The notes under the pieces: model-generated
What the model was told of the DNA's origin: nothing
The model's database searches: none
What the model saw: only the letters and a program-made list of their open reading frames with translations
DNA from: an uncultured Chloroflexia bacterium
Lineage (GTDB): Bacteria; Chloroflexota; Limnocylindria; QHBO01
Length of the DNA stretch: 64,000 bases
Direction of reading: 5' to 3'
Assembly: GCA_963825525.1 (NCBI GenBank)
Contig: CAWGTN010000002.1
Coordinates: 1,888,001-1,952,000 of the forward strand
Part shown: one piece after another, positions 8,039-17,616 of the stretch
How positions within the stretch are numbered: position 1 is the first letter of the stretch
How the letters are laid out: each line of letters begins with the position of its first letter
Translations under genes and position numbers: made by a program

Positions 8039-9682
8039 ATGGCCGTCAAGCCTGCGATTCTCGCCGTCGACGATGACGCTCCGGTCCTGCGGGCCGTCGA
8101 ACGTGACATCCGCGCGCGCTACGGAGAGGACTATCGCGTCCTTGCGGCCGGGTCGGGAGCCGAGGCGCTCGAGCTGGTGCGCGAGCTCACGCGGCGCGGA
8201 GACGCGATCGCCCTCTTCCTCGTCGACCAGCGGATGCCCGTCATGACCGGGATCGAGCTGCTGCGCGAGGCACTCCCGCTCCAGCCCGATGCGAAGCGCG
8301 TCCTGCTGACGGCCTACGCCGATACCGACGTCGCCATCCGCGCCATCAACGAGATCGCGCTCGACCAGTACCTCCTCAAGCCGTGGGACCCACCCGAGGA
8401 GCGCCTCTACCCTGTTGTCGACGACCTGCTCACCGACTGGACAGCCGCGTTCCGCCCGGCGTTCGAGGGATTGCGGCTGCTCGCCGGCCGATGGGCCCCG
8501 CGCGGCCACGACATCCGCGACTTCCTGACCCGCAACCAGGTCCCGTACACGTGGCTCGATCCCGCCGAGGACGAGGGCCGTCGCCTTGCGGACTCCTTGA
8601 GCGAGGACGTCGATCCCGCCGTTCCCATCGTGCTCTTTGCCGATGGTCGGGTGATGCACGGCCCATCGTTGCGTGAGGTGGCGGATGCCATCGGACTGTC
8701 GACGACGGCCGCGTTGCCCTTCTACGACCTGGTGATCATCGGGGCCGGGCCCGCCGGGCTGGCGGCCGCGGTGTACGGGGCCAGCGAGGGCCTGAAGACC
8801 CTCCTCATCGAGCGCGAAGCGCCCGGCGGCCAGGCCGGTACCACCAGCCGGATCGAGAACTACCTGGGCTTCCCGTCGGGCCTGACCGGCGCCGATCTTG
8901 CTCGACGGGCCCTCGCCCAGGCGCGCCGCCTGGGCGCCGAGATCCTCTCCTCGCAGGCGGTGGCCGGCATCCGCAGGGCGGATCCCTATCGGACCATCGT
9001 GCTCGAGGACGGGACCGAGCTCTCATGCCAGGCGGTGGTCGTCGCCACCGGCGTCAGCTATCGGGTGCTCGATGTGCCGCGCGCCTCGGACTTCATCGGT
9101 GCCGGCCTGTACTACGGTGCCGCGACCACGGAGGCGCTCCTCTACCGAGACGCGGAGGTCGGCGTCATCGGCTCCGGCAACTCGGCCGGCCAGGCGGCCG
9201 TCCACCTGTCTCGCTTCGCCTCACGGGTCCACCTGCTCGTCCGCGGGGAGGGGATCGAGGCGACGATGAGCGCCTACCTGGTCGAACAGCTCATGGGCCT
9301 CGACAACCTGGAGCTTCACACCGGAGCCCAGCTCCGCGAGCTGGCCGGAAGCGATCACCTCGAGGGGGCGACGTTCGATGTCGGCGACGGGACCCTGGAG
9401 CTGCCGCTCTCGGCGCTCTTCGTGTTCATCGGACAGCAGCCGCGCACGGCCTGGCTGGCTGGAGTCGTCGCATGCGACGATCGCGGGTTCATCGTCACCG
9501 GCCAGGATGTCGCGTCGGCGGACCGACCGCCGGGGCGCTCGCCGGGTCATCTCGAATCGAGTCTCCCGGGCGTGTTCGCGGCCGGGGACGTTCGGCACCA
9601 GTCGATCAAGCGCATCGCCAGCGCAGTCGGGGAGGGAGCCATGGCCGTGAGCCTCATCCACCAGTACCTGGCCGACCTGTGA
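8039..9682 (+). CDS. Response regulator receiver fused to a thioredoxin reductase-like FAD domain
   Basis: Receiver (VDDD, LVDQRMP, LLKPW) then GAGPAGL, IENYLGFP, GSGNSAGQAA, FAAGDVR. Confidence 0.9.
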   Translation: MAVKPAILAVDDDAPVLRAVERDIRARYGEDYRVLAAGSGAEALELVRELTRRGDAIALFLVDQRMPVMTGIELLREALPLQPDAKRVLLTAYADTDVAIRAINEIALDQYLLKPWDPPEERLYPVVDDLLTDWTAAFRPAFEGLRLLAGRWAPRGHDIRDFLTRNQVPYTWLDPAEDEGRRLADSLSEDVDPAVPIVLFADGRVMHGPSLREVADAIGLSTTAALPFYDLVIIGAGPAGLAAAVYGASEGLKTLLIEREAPGGQAGTTSRIENYLGFPSGLTGADLARRALAQARRLGAEILSSQAVAGIRRADPYRTIVLEDGTELSCQAVVVATGVSYRVLDVPRASDFIGAGLYYGAATTEALLYRDAEVGVIGSGNSAGQAAVHLSRFASRVHLLVRGEGIEATMSAYLVEQLMGLDNLELHTGAQLRELAGSDHLEGATFDVGDGTLELPLSALFVFIGQQPRTAWLAGVVACDDRGFIVTGQDVASADRPPGRSPGHLESSLPGVFAAGDVRHQSIKRIASAVGEGAMAVSLIHQYLADL

Positions 9683-11007
9683 CCCACGAGCACCTCCCCG
9701 CGGCTGACATCGCGGAGCGGCTGCGCGGCACGGCCCTCTTCGGCGGCCTGGACGATGAGCAGCTCGCCCGGCTCATCGAGATGGGCGAGATCATCGACCT
9801 TGCGCCCGGTGAGGTGCTGATTCGCGAGGGAGATGTGGCCTCCGCGCTGTTCGTCATCCTGGAGGGGGAGCTCGATGTCTCGAAGCTCAGCGGCACCACC
9901 GACATCCCGTTGGCGCGCGTCGGGCCCGGCGCGCTCCAGGGCGAGATGGCGGCGCTGGAAGGCGGACGCCGGCTCGCCACGGTCCGGGCCGTGAGCGAGG
10001 CCGAGGCGCTGCGCGTCCCCGTCGACGCCATGCGCCAGCTGCTGAATGCCGGGCCCGACGTGGCGTTGAGCGTGATCCGCACGGCGGTTGGCCGTCTTCG
10101 TTCGATGGAGTCGACGCTGCGCGAGCGAGAGAAGCTGGCCGGGCTCGGGACGCTGGCCGCCGGGCTTGCCCACGAGCTCAACAACCCGGCGGCCGCCGCG
10201 TCTCGCTCCGCGCGCGCATTAGCCGATGCCGTGCGGGCCGCCGAATCGCTGCCGCGGCCGTCACCGCCGCCGATCCCGCCGGAGGGAGGAGGTACGCCCC
10301 TGTCGGCGCTGGATCGCGCTGATCGGATCGATGAGATCGCCGAGCTGGCCGGAGGATCCGAGGCCGCCAGCGCGCTCGTCGATGCGGGCTGGACCATCGA
10401 AGCGCTGCGCGATCAGCCGGGTGAGGTCGTCCCGTGGCTGGCAGCCGACGCCACGGTCCACCAGCTGTTGTCCGAGGTGGCCATGGCCGTCGATCGGATC
10501 AGCGAGATCGTGGCCGCGGTGAAGGGCTATGCGTACCTGGACCAGGCGCCGCGGCAACGCATCGACGTCCGGATCGGCCTGGAGCAGACGCTCGTCATCC
10601 TGCGCCATCGGCTGCGCGATGGTGGGGTGACGGTGGTCCTCGAGATCGCCGACGACCTGCCGGAGATCGAGGCCTTCGGCTCCGAGCTCAACCAGGTCTG
10701 GACGAACCTCGTCGACAACGCGATCGATGCCATGGATGGGGCCGGCACCCTCACCGTGCGGGCGGAGCGCGAGAGCGACGGCGTGCGCGTCTCGATCTGC
10801 AATACCGGCGAGCCGATTCCGGACGATGTCAGGCCGCGCCTCTTCGAGCCGTTCTACACCACCAAGCCGCCCGGCAAGGGAACCGGCCTGGGCCTCCACA
10901 TCTCGCACAACGTGGTGGCGCGGCACGGCGGCCGGATCGAAGTGGAGAGCAATCCCGACGCGACCTGCTTCGTCATCGTGCTGCCGAACGAGGTTCCCGC
11001 CGCCTAG
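9679..11007 (+). CDS. Cytoplasmic histidine kinase with N-terminal cNMP-binding domain
   Basis: GEMAALEGGRRLAT cassette, AHELNNP H-box, NLVDNAIDA N-box, GKGTGLGL G2; GTGA overlap with the upstream stop. Confidence 0.9.
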   Translation: MTHEHLPAADIAERLRGTALFGGLDDEQLARLIEMGEIIDLAPGEVLIREGDVASALFVILEGELDVSKLSGTTDIPLARVGPGALQGEMAALEGGRRLATVRAVSEAEALRVPVDAMRQLLNAGPDVALSVIRTAVGRLRSMESTLREREKLAGLGTLAAGLAHELNNPAAAASRSARALADAVRAAESLPRPSPPPIPPEGGGTPLSALDRADRIDEIAELAGGSEAASALVDAGWTIEALRDQPGEVVPWLAADATVHQLLSEVAMAVDRISEIVAAVKGYAYLDQAPRQRIDVRIGLEQTLVILRHRLRDGGVTVVLEIADDLPEIEAFGSELNQVWTNLVDNAIDAMDGAGTLTVRAERESDGVRVSICNTGEPIPDDVRPRLFEPFYTTKPPGKGTGLGLHISHNVVARHGGRIEVESNPDATCFVIVLPNEVPAA

Positions 11008-11927
11008 CCCGCTCCGAGACGGGCTCGCCGCGTCCGCGGAACGCCGATGCGCACCGTCGCCAGCAGCAGGCCGGCCAGGATGAGGGCCACGCCGACCAGC
11101 TGGAAGGCCGACGGCGCCTCCGACAGGATCCAGATCCCAAGCAGCACGGAGCCGACCGGCTGGACGGTGAGGACGACCGATGTGAGGGCCGCCGGCAGTC
11201 GCGGCAGGCTCAGGCTGATCAGCAGCCAGCCGAGCACGTGGATGCCGAGCGCCAGCACGATCAGCCATCCGTGCGATGGCCAGCTTGGCACCAGGTCGAT
11301 CTCGCCCAGCGGCAGGCCGATGGCCAGGGTCACCAGCGCCCCGGACAGGGATGCTTCGAAGAGCGGCCCGGCGGGTCTGCGAATGTCTGCGTTTGCTCCC
11401 CGCTGGATGAGGATGAAGCCGCCGTAGGCCAGGCCGGTTCCGACGCCGAAGAGCACCCCGAGTAGCGGGTTGGCGCCATAGGCCCCCGCGCCGATGACGC
11501 CGGAGATGAGGACGACTCCGGTCAGCACGACCGGGACCGAGAACGCCACCCGGGCCGACGGGCGCTCATGCAGAAACGCCCATGCCGCAAGGGGAACGAC
11601 CACGACCTGGGTGTTGCCCAGCACGGTGGCCAGGCCCGCCCCGACCTGGGCGATCGCGTGGTGCCACAGGATGAGGTCGACCGCAAAGAACGCCCCGGCG
11701 ATCCATGCCAGGCGCGACTGACCCGGCGCTCGGGGGCCGTACTTGCGGCGCTCGAGCCAGGCAAGCAGGGCGAGCGGCGGAAGCGCGTAGGCGAGCCGGA
11801 AGAAGGCCGCCGTGGAGGGTTCGACGTCCGCCAGACGCACGGTGATGGCGGATCCGGCGATGGTCAGCGCACCCAGGAATGCCGTGAGAACCGGCCGATC
11901 GATGAGAAGATGGATGAGCGCGCGCAC
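11004..11927 (-). CDS. DMT/EamA family transporter
   Basis: About ten TM helices in two EamA-like repeats. Confidence 0.8.
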   Translation of the reverse strand: MRALIHLLIDRPVLTAFLGALTIAGSAITVRLADVEPSTAAFFRLAYALPPLALLAWLERRKYGPRAPGQSRLAWIAGAFFAVDLILWHHAIAQVGAGLATVLGNTQVVVVPLAAWAFLHERPSARVAFSVPVVLTGVVLISGVIGAGAYGANPLLGVLFGVGTGLAYGGFILIQRGANADIRRPAGPLFEASLSGALVTLAIGLPLGEIDLVPSWPSHGWLIVLALGIHVLGWLLISLSLPRLPAALTSVVLTVQPVGSVLLGIWILSEAPSAFQLVGVALILAGLLLATVRIGVPRTRRARLGAG

Positions 11928-11995
11928 CGGCGAAGCCTAGCCGAGACAATCCTGTCTTGTGTCACGACCGTCGGCGACGCAAACTCGGGGCACTC

Positions 11996-14656
11996 ATGCG
12001 TGATCTGCCGACCGGAACCGTGACGTTCCTGTTCAGTGACATCCAGGGATCGACCCTGCTGTTGCAGGCATTCGGCGAGCGATGGCCCAAGCTGCTCGAG
12101 CGCCACCACGAGCTGCTGCGTGACGCGTTCTCCCGCAACGCCGGCGAAGTGGTCGGGACGGAGGGGGATTCGTTCTTTGTCGTCTTTCGCAACGCGACCG
12201 ACGCGCTGGCAGGCGCAATCGAAGCCCAGCGAGCCTTGACCCTCGAACCCTGGCCGCCCGAGGGACGCATTGCCGTGCGCATGGGCATCCACACCGGCGA
12301 TGCGATGCTGGCGAACGATACGTACGTCGGACTCGACGTTCACCGCGCCGCCCGGATCATGAACGCCGGTCACGGTGGCCAGATCCTGGCATCGTCGGCG
12401 ACGGAGTCACTCGTCCGTCAGTCGCTGCCCTCGGGCGTGGAGCTGGTTGACCTCGGCGTCCACAGGCTGAAGGATCTCGCCGCATCGGAGCAGCTGTTCG
12501 GCGTGCGAGCGGAGGGTCTGCCATCGGACTTTCCTCCGCTCCGGAGCCTGGACACCGCCACCAACAACCTGCCGACGCAGCTGACCAGCTTCCTGGGGAG
12601 GGAGCGCGAGGTCAGCGACATCTGCGAGCTGCTGACCACGCATCGGCTGGTGACCCTCACCGGCCCGGGAGGGACAGGGAAGACGAGGCTGAGCGTGCAG
12701 GCGGCGGCCGAGGTCATGGATCGCTTCCCCGGAGGTGCGTACTTCGTTCGGCTGGCCCCCATTCGGGAGATCGAGCTCGTCCTGCCCACGATCGCGCAGA
12801 CCGTCGGACTCGCGGATCCGGGGCGCAACCCCGTCGAGCGCCTGGCGGAGCACGTGGGTGACAAGCGGATGCTCGTGGTGCTCGACAACCTCGAGCAGGT
12901 GGTGGATGCGGCGGGTGACATCGCGGAGCTCCTGCGCCTCGTGCCCGGGCTCCACATGATCGCCACCAGCCGCAGCGCTCTCCGAATCTACGGTGAGCAG
13001 GAGTATCCGGTCGGCCCGCTGACACTCCCGGATCCGCGCGAGCTGCCTCCCGACGTCACCATCACGCGCTTCCCCGCCGTGGCACTCTTCGTCGAACGTG
13101 CTCGGGCGGTGCGGCCCGACTTCCGGATCACCACGGAGAACGCCTCGGCCGTCGCCGAGATCTGCTGGCGCCTCGACGGACTGCCCCTGGCTCTCGAGCT
13201 CGCCGCAGCACGTATTCGCATCCTGTCTCCCGAGGCCATGCTCTCGCGGTTGACCAGCCGTCTGGACCTGGGAGCGGGTGGGGCGCGAGACCTGCCGGAG
13301 CGCCAGCAGACGCTCCGCGGCGCGATCGCCTGGAGCTACGACATCCTCGACGATGCGGAGCGCCGGATCTTCAGCCGCTTCTCGGTGTTTGTCGGCGGCG
13401 CGGAGCTCGATGCCATCGAGGCGGTCATCGGTGAGGCCGATGCCCTGGACGTTGTCGGCTCGCTGCTCGACAAGAGCCTGCTGCGTCAGCCGGAGGAGGG
13501 CAGCGGGCCGGCTCGGTTCCGCATGCTCGAGACCATCCGCGAGTACGCCGGCGAGCAGCTTGTCGCACTCGGCGAGGCGGATGAGCTTCGACGGCGCCAC
13601 GCGGAGTACTTCGCCGCCCTGGCCGAGGAGATCGCGGCGGACGTGATGGGGCCACGCCAGAGAGAGCTCCTCGACCGCATGGAACGAGATCATGACAACA
13701 TCCGTGTCGCGATCGCCGCCTGCATCGAGCTCGGCGAGGGCGGTCTGGCGCTCCGCCTCCTGGCAGCCTGCTGGCGCTTCTGGCAGATGCGCGGCTACCT
13801 CGGCGAGGGCCGGGAGCGGGCGCGCCGAATTCTCGAGATCCCCGGGATTCCTGACGACACAGTCGCGCGTGCCCGCGCGGAGGAGGCCGCTGGTGGCCTC
13901 GCCTACTGGCAAGGGGAACTCGAGGATGCTCGCGAGCACTACGGCATTGCCCTCCGCATCCACCGCGCCCTCGGCGACGAGTCCGAGGTGGCAAATGCGC
14001 TCTACAACCGCGTGATGAGCTTCGTGGTCACCAATGACGAGAGCGATGCGACAGCTCCCAGCGTTCCGCCGGAGGCCGATCTGGACGCTGACGAAGCCCT
14101 TGCCATCTATCGTCGGCTCGGCGATCGCGCCGGCGAGGGACGGGTGCTGTGGGCGAAGCTTGACATGCGGGTCATCACCCGCAGCACGAACGAGGAAGAG
14201 ATCGAGGACCTGGCGGAACGCTGCATCGAGATCTTCACCGCGATCGACGATCGCTTCATGCTCGCCTGGACGAATTACATGCTCGGCATCCACCAAAACA
14301 CGCTTCGACGCCCCAAGGCGGCGCTCGAGAGGAACCTCAAGGCGCTCGAGCTGTTCCGGGCTTCGGGCGATCTGTCCGGGTATGCACTCGTGCTCGATGG
14401 CTTCGCCGTGACCGCGTTCCTGGCCAACGACCTGCCACGCTCGATGCGCCTCGCCGGCGCAGCCAGTTCCGTGCAGGCGCAGGGAGGTGCCGTCCTCGGC
14501 CGGCTCAATCGCGAGTGGTCGGAGTTCTTCCCCGAGCGGATGATGGACACGCCGGAGCTGGCAGCGGCATACGACGAGGGCCTGCGGATGCCGATCGAGG
14601 AGGCCATTCGACTTTCCGTCGAGCCCTACTCGCTTCCGGATGTCGATGAAGCCTGA
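11996..14656 (+). CDS. Class III nucleotide cyclase - STAND (NB-ARC-like) ATPase - TPR protein
   Basis: FLFSDIQGST, EGDSFF, RMGIHTG, VHRAAR; NLP..LTSFLGR, GPGGTGKT, VLDNLEQ, LDGLPLALELAA; helical C-terminus. Confidence 0.88.
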   Translation: MRDLPTGTVTFLFSDIQGSTLLLQAFGERWPKLLERHHELLRDAFSRNAGEVVGTEGDSFFVVFRNATDALAGAIEAQRALTLEPWPPEGRIAVRMGIHTGDAMLANDTYVGLDVHRAARIMNAGHGGQILASSATESLVRQSLPSGVELVDLGVHRLKDLAASEQLFGVRAEGLPSDFPPLRSLDTATNNLPTQLTSFLGREREVSDICELLTTHRLVTLTGPGGTGKTRLSVQAAAEVMDRFPGGAYFVRLAPIREIELVLPTIAQTVGLADPGRNPVERLAEHVGDKRMLVVLDNLEQVVDAAGDIAELLRLVPGLHMIATSRSALRIYGEQEYPVGPLTLPDPRELPPDVTITRFPAVALFVERARAVRPDFRITTENASAVAEICWRLDGLPLALELAAARIRILSPEAMLSRLTSRLDLGAGGARDLPERQQTLRGAIAWSYDILDDAERRIFSRFSVFVGGAELDAIEAVIGEADALDVVGSLLDKSLLRQPEEGSGPARFRMLETIREYAGEQLVALGEADELRRRHAEYFAALAEEIAADVMGPRQRELLDRMERDHDNIRVAIAACIELGEGGLALRLLAACWRFWQMRGYLGEGRERARRILEIPGIPDDTVARARAEEAAGGLAYWQGELEDAREHYGIALRIHRALGDESEVANALYNRVMSFVVTNDESDATAPSVPPEADLDADEALAIYRRLGDRAGEGRVLWAKLDMRVITRSTNEEEIEDLAERCIEIFTAIDDRFMLAWTNYMLGIHQNTLRRPKAALERNLKALELFRASGDLSGYALVLDGFAVTAFLANDLPRSMRLAGAASSVQAQGGAVLGRLNREWSEFFPERMMDTPELAAAYDEGLRMPIEEAIRLSVEPYSLPDVDEA

Positions 14657-14683
14657 CCAACTCCCGCCGGTGCCCGACGGCGG

Positions 14684-15487
14684 CTAGGCGGGCGCCGCCA
14701 GGTCGCGTCTCGGGAAGACGATCAGCGCGTAGATCAGCGGGGTCACGGCGGCCACGAAGACGATGACGAGGTCAATCGGGTCGAGCTTGCCGGTCAGGAT
14801 CTCTCCCGGGTTGAAGTGGTGGAGCAGCGAGTACTCCTGGGTCCAGGCTGCATCGGTCCACAGTGAGCCCAGGATCTCGCCGAAGTAGTGCAGCAACAGC
14901 CACCCGACCGAGATGCCGATGGCCGGACCCGGTCGATCGAATGTGACCGACGCTGCCAGGCTGAACGTCGTGAAGCCAGCCCACAGCAGGAAGCCATTGA
15001 GCAGCACCAGGGGCAGCTGGCCGAGGTCGAGCTCATCGATCAGCCCGATGGCGGCGGATGAGCCGATCATGCCGCCGAGCATCGCGACGAGCACGATCAG
15101 GACGGTGACGAGCAGCGCCGCCAGGATGCTCGCGTACAACGCGATGCGCGAGATCGGCCGCGCCAGCAGTACCTCGAGGGTGCCACGGGCGCGCTCTCCC
15201 GCGATCGCCGTTGCCGATGCGCCGACGGCGAAGATTCCGAGCATCGCCAGCGCGAGCGGGTGCTGGAGCCCGAGCGTGATGGAGCCCGGGAGGGTGAACA
15301 GCGAACCGGAGCCGATGTTCAGCATGCTCTCGGGGATCGCGCCCGAGTTCGCAAGGTCCCGGAAGGCTTCGCTGAATGCGTCGAAGATGATCGGGATGAT
15401 CACGCCCCACGCGATGGCGGCGAGCGTGACGACAAGCAACGTGACGCGTTCCCAGCGCAGGGATTGAACGAAGAGCCGCATGTTCAT
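14684..15487 (-). CDS. ABC-2 type transporter permease
   Basis: IAGERARGTLEVLLARPISR motif, about six TM segments, RRDL C-terminus. Confidence 0.8.
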   Translation of the reverse strand: MNMRLFVQSLRWERVTLLVVTLAAIAWGVIIPIIFDAFSEAFRDLANSGAIPESMLNIGSGSLFTLPGSITLGLQHPLALAMLGIFAVGASATAIAGERARGTLEVLLARPISRIALYASILAALLVTVLIVLVAMLGGMIGSSAAIGLIDELDLGQLPLVLLNGFLLWAGFTTFSLAASVTFDRPGPAIGISVGWLLLHYFGEILGSLWTDAAWTQEYSLLHHFNPGEILTGKLDPIDLVIVFVAAVTPLIYALIVFPRRDLAAPA

Positions 15488-16419
15488 CGGCCGTCTCGCT
15501 GCGGTTCGGCGGACGGGTCGTCGCCGGCGTAGTACTCGAGGAATGCCTCTTCCAGGCTGGCCGGCTCGATGGTGAGGTCGTCGAGGTTCGGCGAGGCAAT
15601 GGAGCGAATGAATCCCGATACCTCGCCGGAGAGCATGCCGATCAACCGATTGCCATCGACGTGGACGTCCTCGAGACCGGGGAGCGTGGATGGGTCCGGT
15701 GCGGCGCCGCGCCAGCGCAGGGTGACGCGCCGCCGCCGCCGCGCGAGCAGCTCCCCGACATCATGGATGGCCATGAGATGACCGGCACGAATGATCGCCA
15801 CCCGGTCGCACAGCCGCTCGACCTCCGAGAGCACGTGCGAGCTGAAGAAGACGGTCCGTCCCTCCCGACGCAGATCGTCCAGGATCGCGTAGAAGGCATG
15901 CTGCATCAACGGGTCGAGGCCTTCCGTCGGTTCGTCGAGGATGGCGAGCTCCGGGTCGTGCTGGAGGGCCTGAACCACCCCGATCTTCTGCCGCATGCCG
16001 CGCGAGTAGTCGCGCACCTTGCGCTTCAGGACCGATGCCGGCAGCTCGAGCCGGTCGCACAGCTGCTGGCGCCGATGCGGTGTTCGGCCCTGCATGTCGG
16101 CGAGGTAGTCGAGCACCTGCTCGCCGTTCAGCGAGTCATAGAGCGCGATGCCGCCCGGCAGGTAGCCGGTGAGCCGCCGAATCTCGACCGAGTCCGTTGC
16201 CACATTCCTGCCCAGCACCGTCGCGCTGCCGCTCGTTGCGTGCAGGAACCCCAGCAGGGTTCGGATCATCGTCGATTTGCCGGCGCCATTCGGCCCAAGG
16301 AAGCCGAAGATCTCGCCCTCCGTGACGTCGAGCGTCAGGTCGGTGAGCGCCGGCACGGAACCATAGTGCTTGGTCAGCGCCTGGGTGCTGATGACGGCCG
16401 TCGTCGGTGGACTCTGCAT
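15484..16419 (-). CDS. ABC transporter ATP-binding protein
   Basis: GPNGAGKS, YSRGM, ILDEPT, SSH; start MQSPP has a TACGAT -10 upstream. Confidence 0.9.
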   Translation of the reverse strand: MQSPPTTAVISTQALTKHYGSVPALTDLTLDVTEGEIFGFLGPNGAGKSTMIRTLLGFLHATSGSATVLGRNVATDSVEIRRLTGYLPGGIALYDSLNGEQVLDYLADMQGRTPHRRQQLCDRLELPASVLKRKVRDYSRGMRQKIGVVQALQHDPELAILDEPTEGLDPLMQHAFYAILDDLRREGRTVFFSSHVLSEVERLCDRVAIIRAGHLMAIHDVGELLARRRRRVTLRWRGAAPDPSTLPGLEDVHVDGNRLIGMLSGEVSGFIRSIASPNLDDLTIEPASLEEAFLEYYAGDDPSAEPQRDGR

Positions 16420-16452
16420 CGGACCGATCGTACTCCGCGCTAGGATCGGCCG

Positions 16453-17592
16453 ATGCACGTGACCGTCGTCGGCGCCGGAGTCTTCGGGGCCTGGACCGCA
16501 CTCTGGCTCCGCCGTCGTGGGGCATCGGTCACGCTCGTCGACCGGTACGGGGCGGGGAACTCGCTGGCGAGCTCGGGCGGGGAGTCTCGTGCGACCCGAT
16601 CGGCCCACGGCCCCGACCACTTCTATCCTGAATGGCAGCGTCGCTCGCTGGGCCAGTGGCTCGAGCTCGACCCGCACCTGTTCGTCGAGACCGGCGTGCT
16701 GTGGCTTGCTCGTCGTGAGGACGGCTTCGAGGCAGCGTCAGCCGATTCCCTGGACGCGCTGGGAATTCCCGCGGAGCGTCTGAGCGTTGCCGACCTGGGC
16801 GACCGCTGGCCCCAGGTGCGGACGGACGGCCTTGCATTCGGCCTGCACGAGCCCGAGGCGGGGGTGCTTCTCGCCCGTCGAGCCGTGGCGGCGGTCGCGG
16901 CCGCGGTGGCCGCAGAAGGCGGGGAGACGGTCATCGGCATCGCCGGCGTGGATGCGCAGCGGGTGACGCTCGACGGTCGGCCGGTCGCGGGCGATGCCGT
17001 GGTGTTTGCGGCCGGTCCCTGGCTGCCAACGCTGCTCGGGCCGGTACCGGACATGGAGATCGGAGTGCCGAGGCAGGAGATCGTCTTTTTCGCGACGCCG
17101 CCGGGCGACAGCCGGTTCGACGCCGGCTCGCTGCCGACATGGGTCGACTACGACGCCGGCTTCTACGGCATGCCCTCCATCGAGGGCCGCGGCTTCAAGG
17201 TCGCTCCCGATTGGCCGGGACCCCAGGTCGACCCCGATCGCCAGGATCGGCGCATCTCCGACGAGCGTGTCGATGCGTCACGCGCCTACCTCCGCGAGCG
17301 ATTCCCCGCCCTGGAACATCAGCCGGTGAGCGAGGGCCGCGTCTGCCAGTACGAGGTCACCGCCGATACCCACTTCATCATCGACCGTCATCCCTCCATG
17401 CCGGACGCGTGGATCGTGGGTGGTGGATCGGGCCATGGCTTCAAGCACGGGCCGGCGGTCGGGGAGTACGCGTCCGCCCTCGTTCTGGGTATCGATCCGG
17501 GCGACCTCGGGCCGCCTGACGATCGGTTCGAGCTTCGGCCGCGGTCGGCCGGGGTTGGCATGCGGACCGGCGGGGATCGCCTCAGCCGCTGA
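16453..17592 (+). CDS. FAD-dependent oxidoreductase, monomeric sarcosine oxidase/SolA-like
   Basis: GAGVFG, SSGGESR, VCQY (covalent-FAD Cys position), SGHGFK. Confidence 0.8.
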   Translation: MHVTVVGAGVFGAWTALWLRRRGASVTLVDRYGAGNSLASSGGESRATRSAHGPDHFYPEWQRRSLGQWLELDPHLFVETGVLWLARREDGFEAASADSLDALGIPAERLSVADLGDRWPQVRTDGLAFGLHEPEAGVLLARRAVAAVAAAVAAEGGETVIGIAGVDAQRVTLDGRPVAGDAVVFAAGPWLPTLLGPVPDMEIGVPRQEIVFFATPPGDSRFDAGSLPTWVDYDAGFYGMPSIEGRGFKVAPDWPGPQVDPDRQDRRISDERVDASRAYLRERFPALEHQPVSEGRVCQYEVTADTHFIIDRHPSMPDAWIVGGGSGHGFKHGPAVGEYASALVLGIDPGDLGPPDDRFELRPRSAGVGMRTGGDRLSR

Positions 17593-17616
17593 CTCGCATC
17601 TCGTCGAATCGTCCGC

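Noticed and set aside
12407-14296. Long antisense ORFs (also 41190..43352, 21496..23013, 55129..57123 and others)
   Set aside because: Shadow ORFs expected at high GC opposite well-supported genes; no recognisable motifs.
11996-14656. Avs/NLR anti-phage system
   Set aside because: Architecture matches common cyclase-STAND signalling proteins; no nuclease, TIR or SIR2 effector and no defence-island context.
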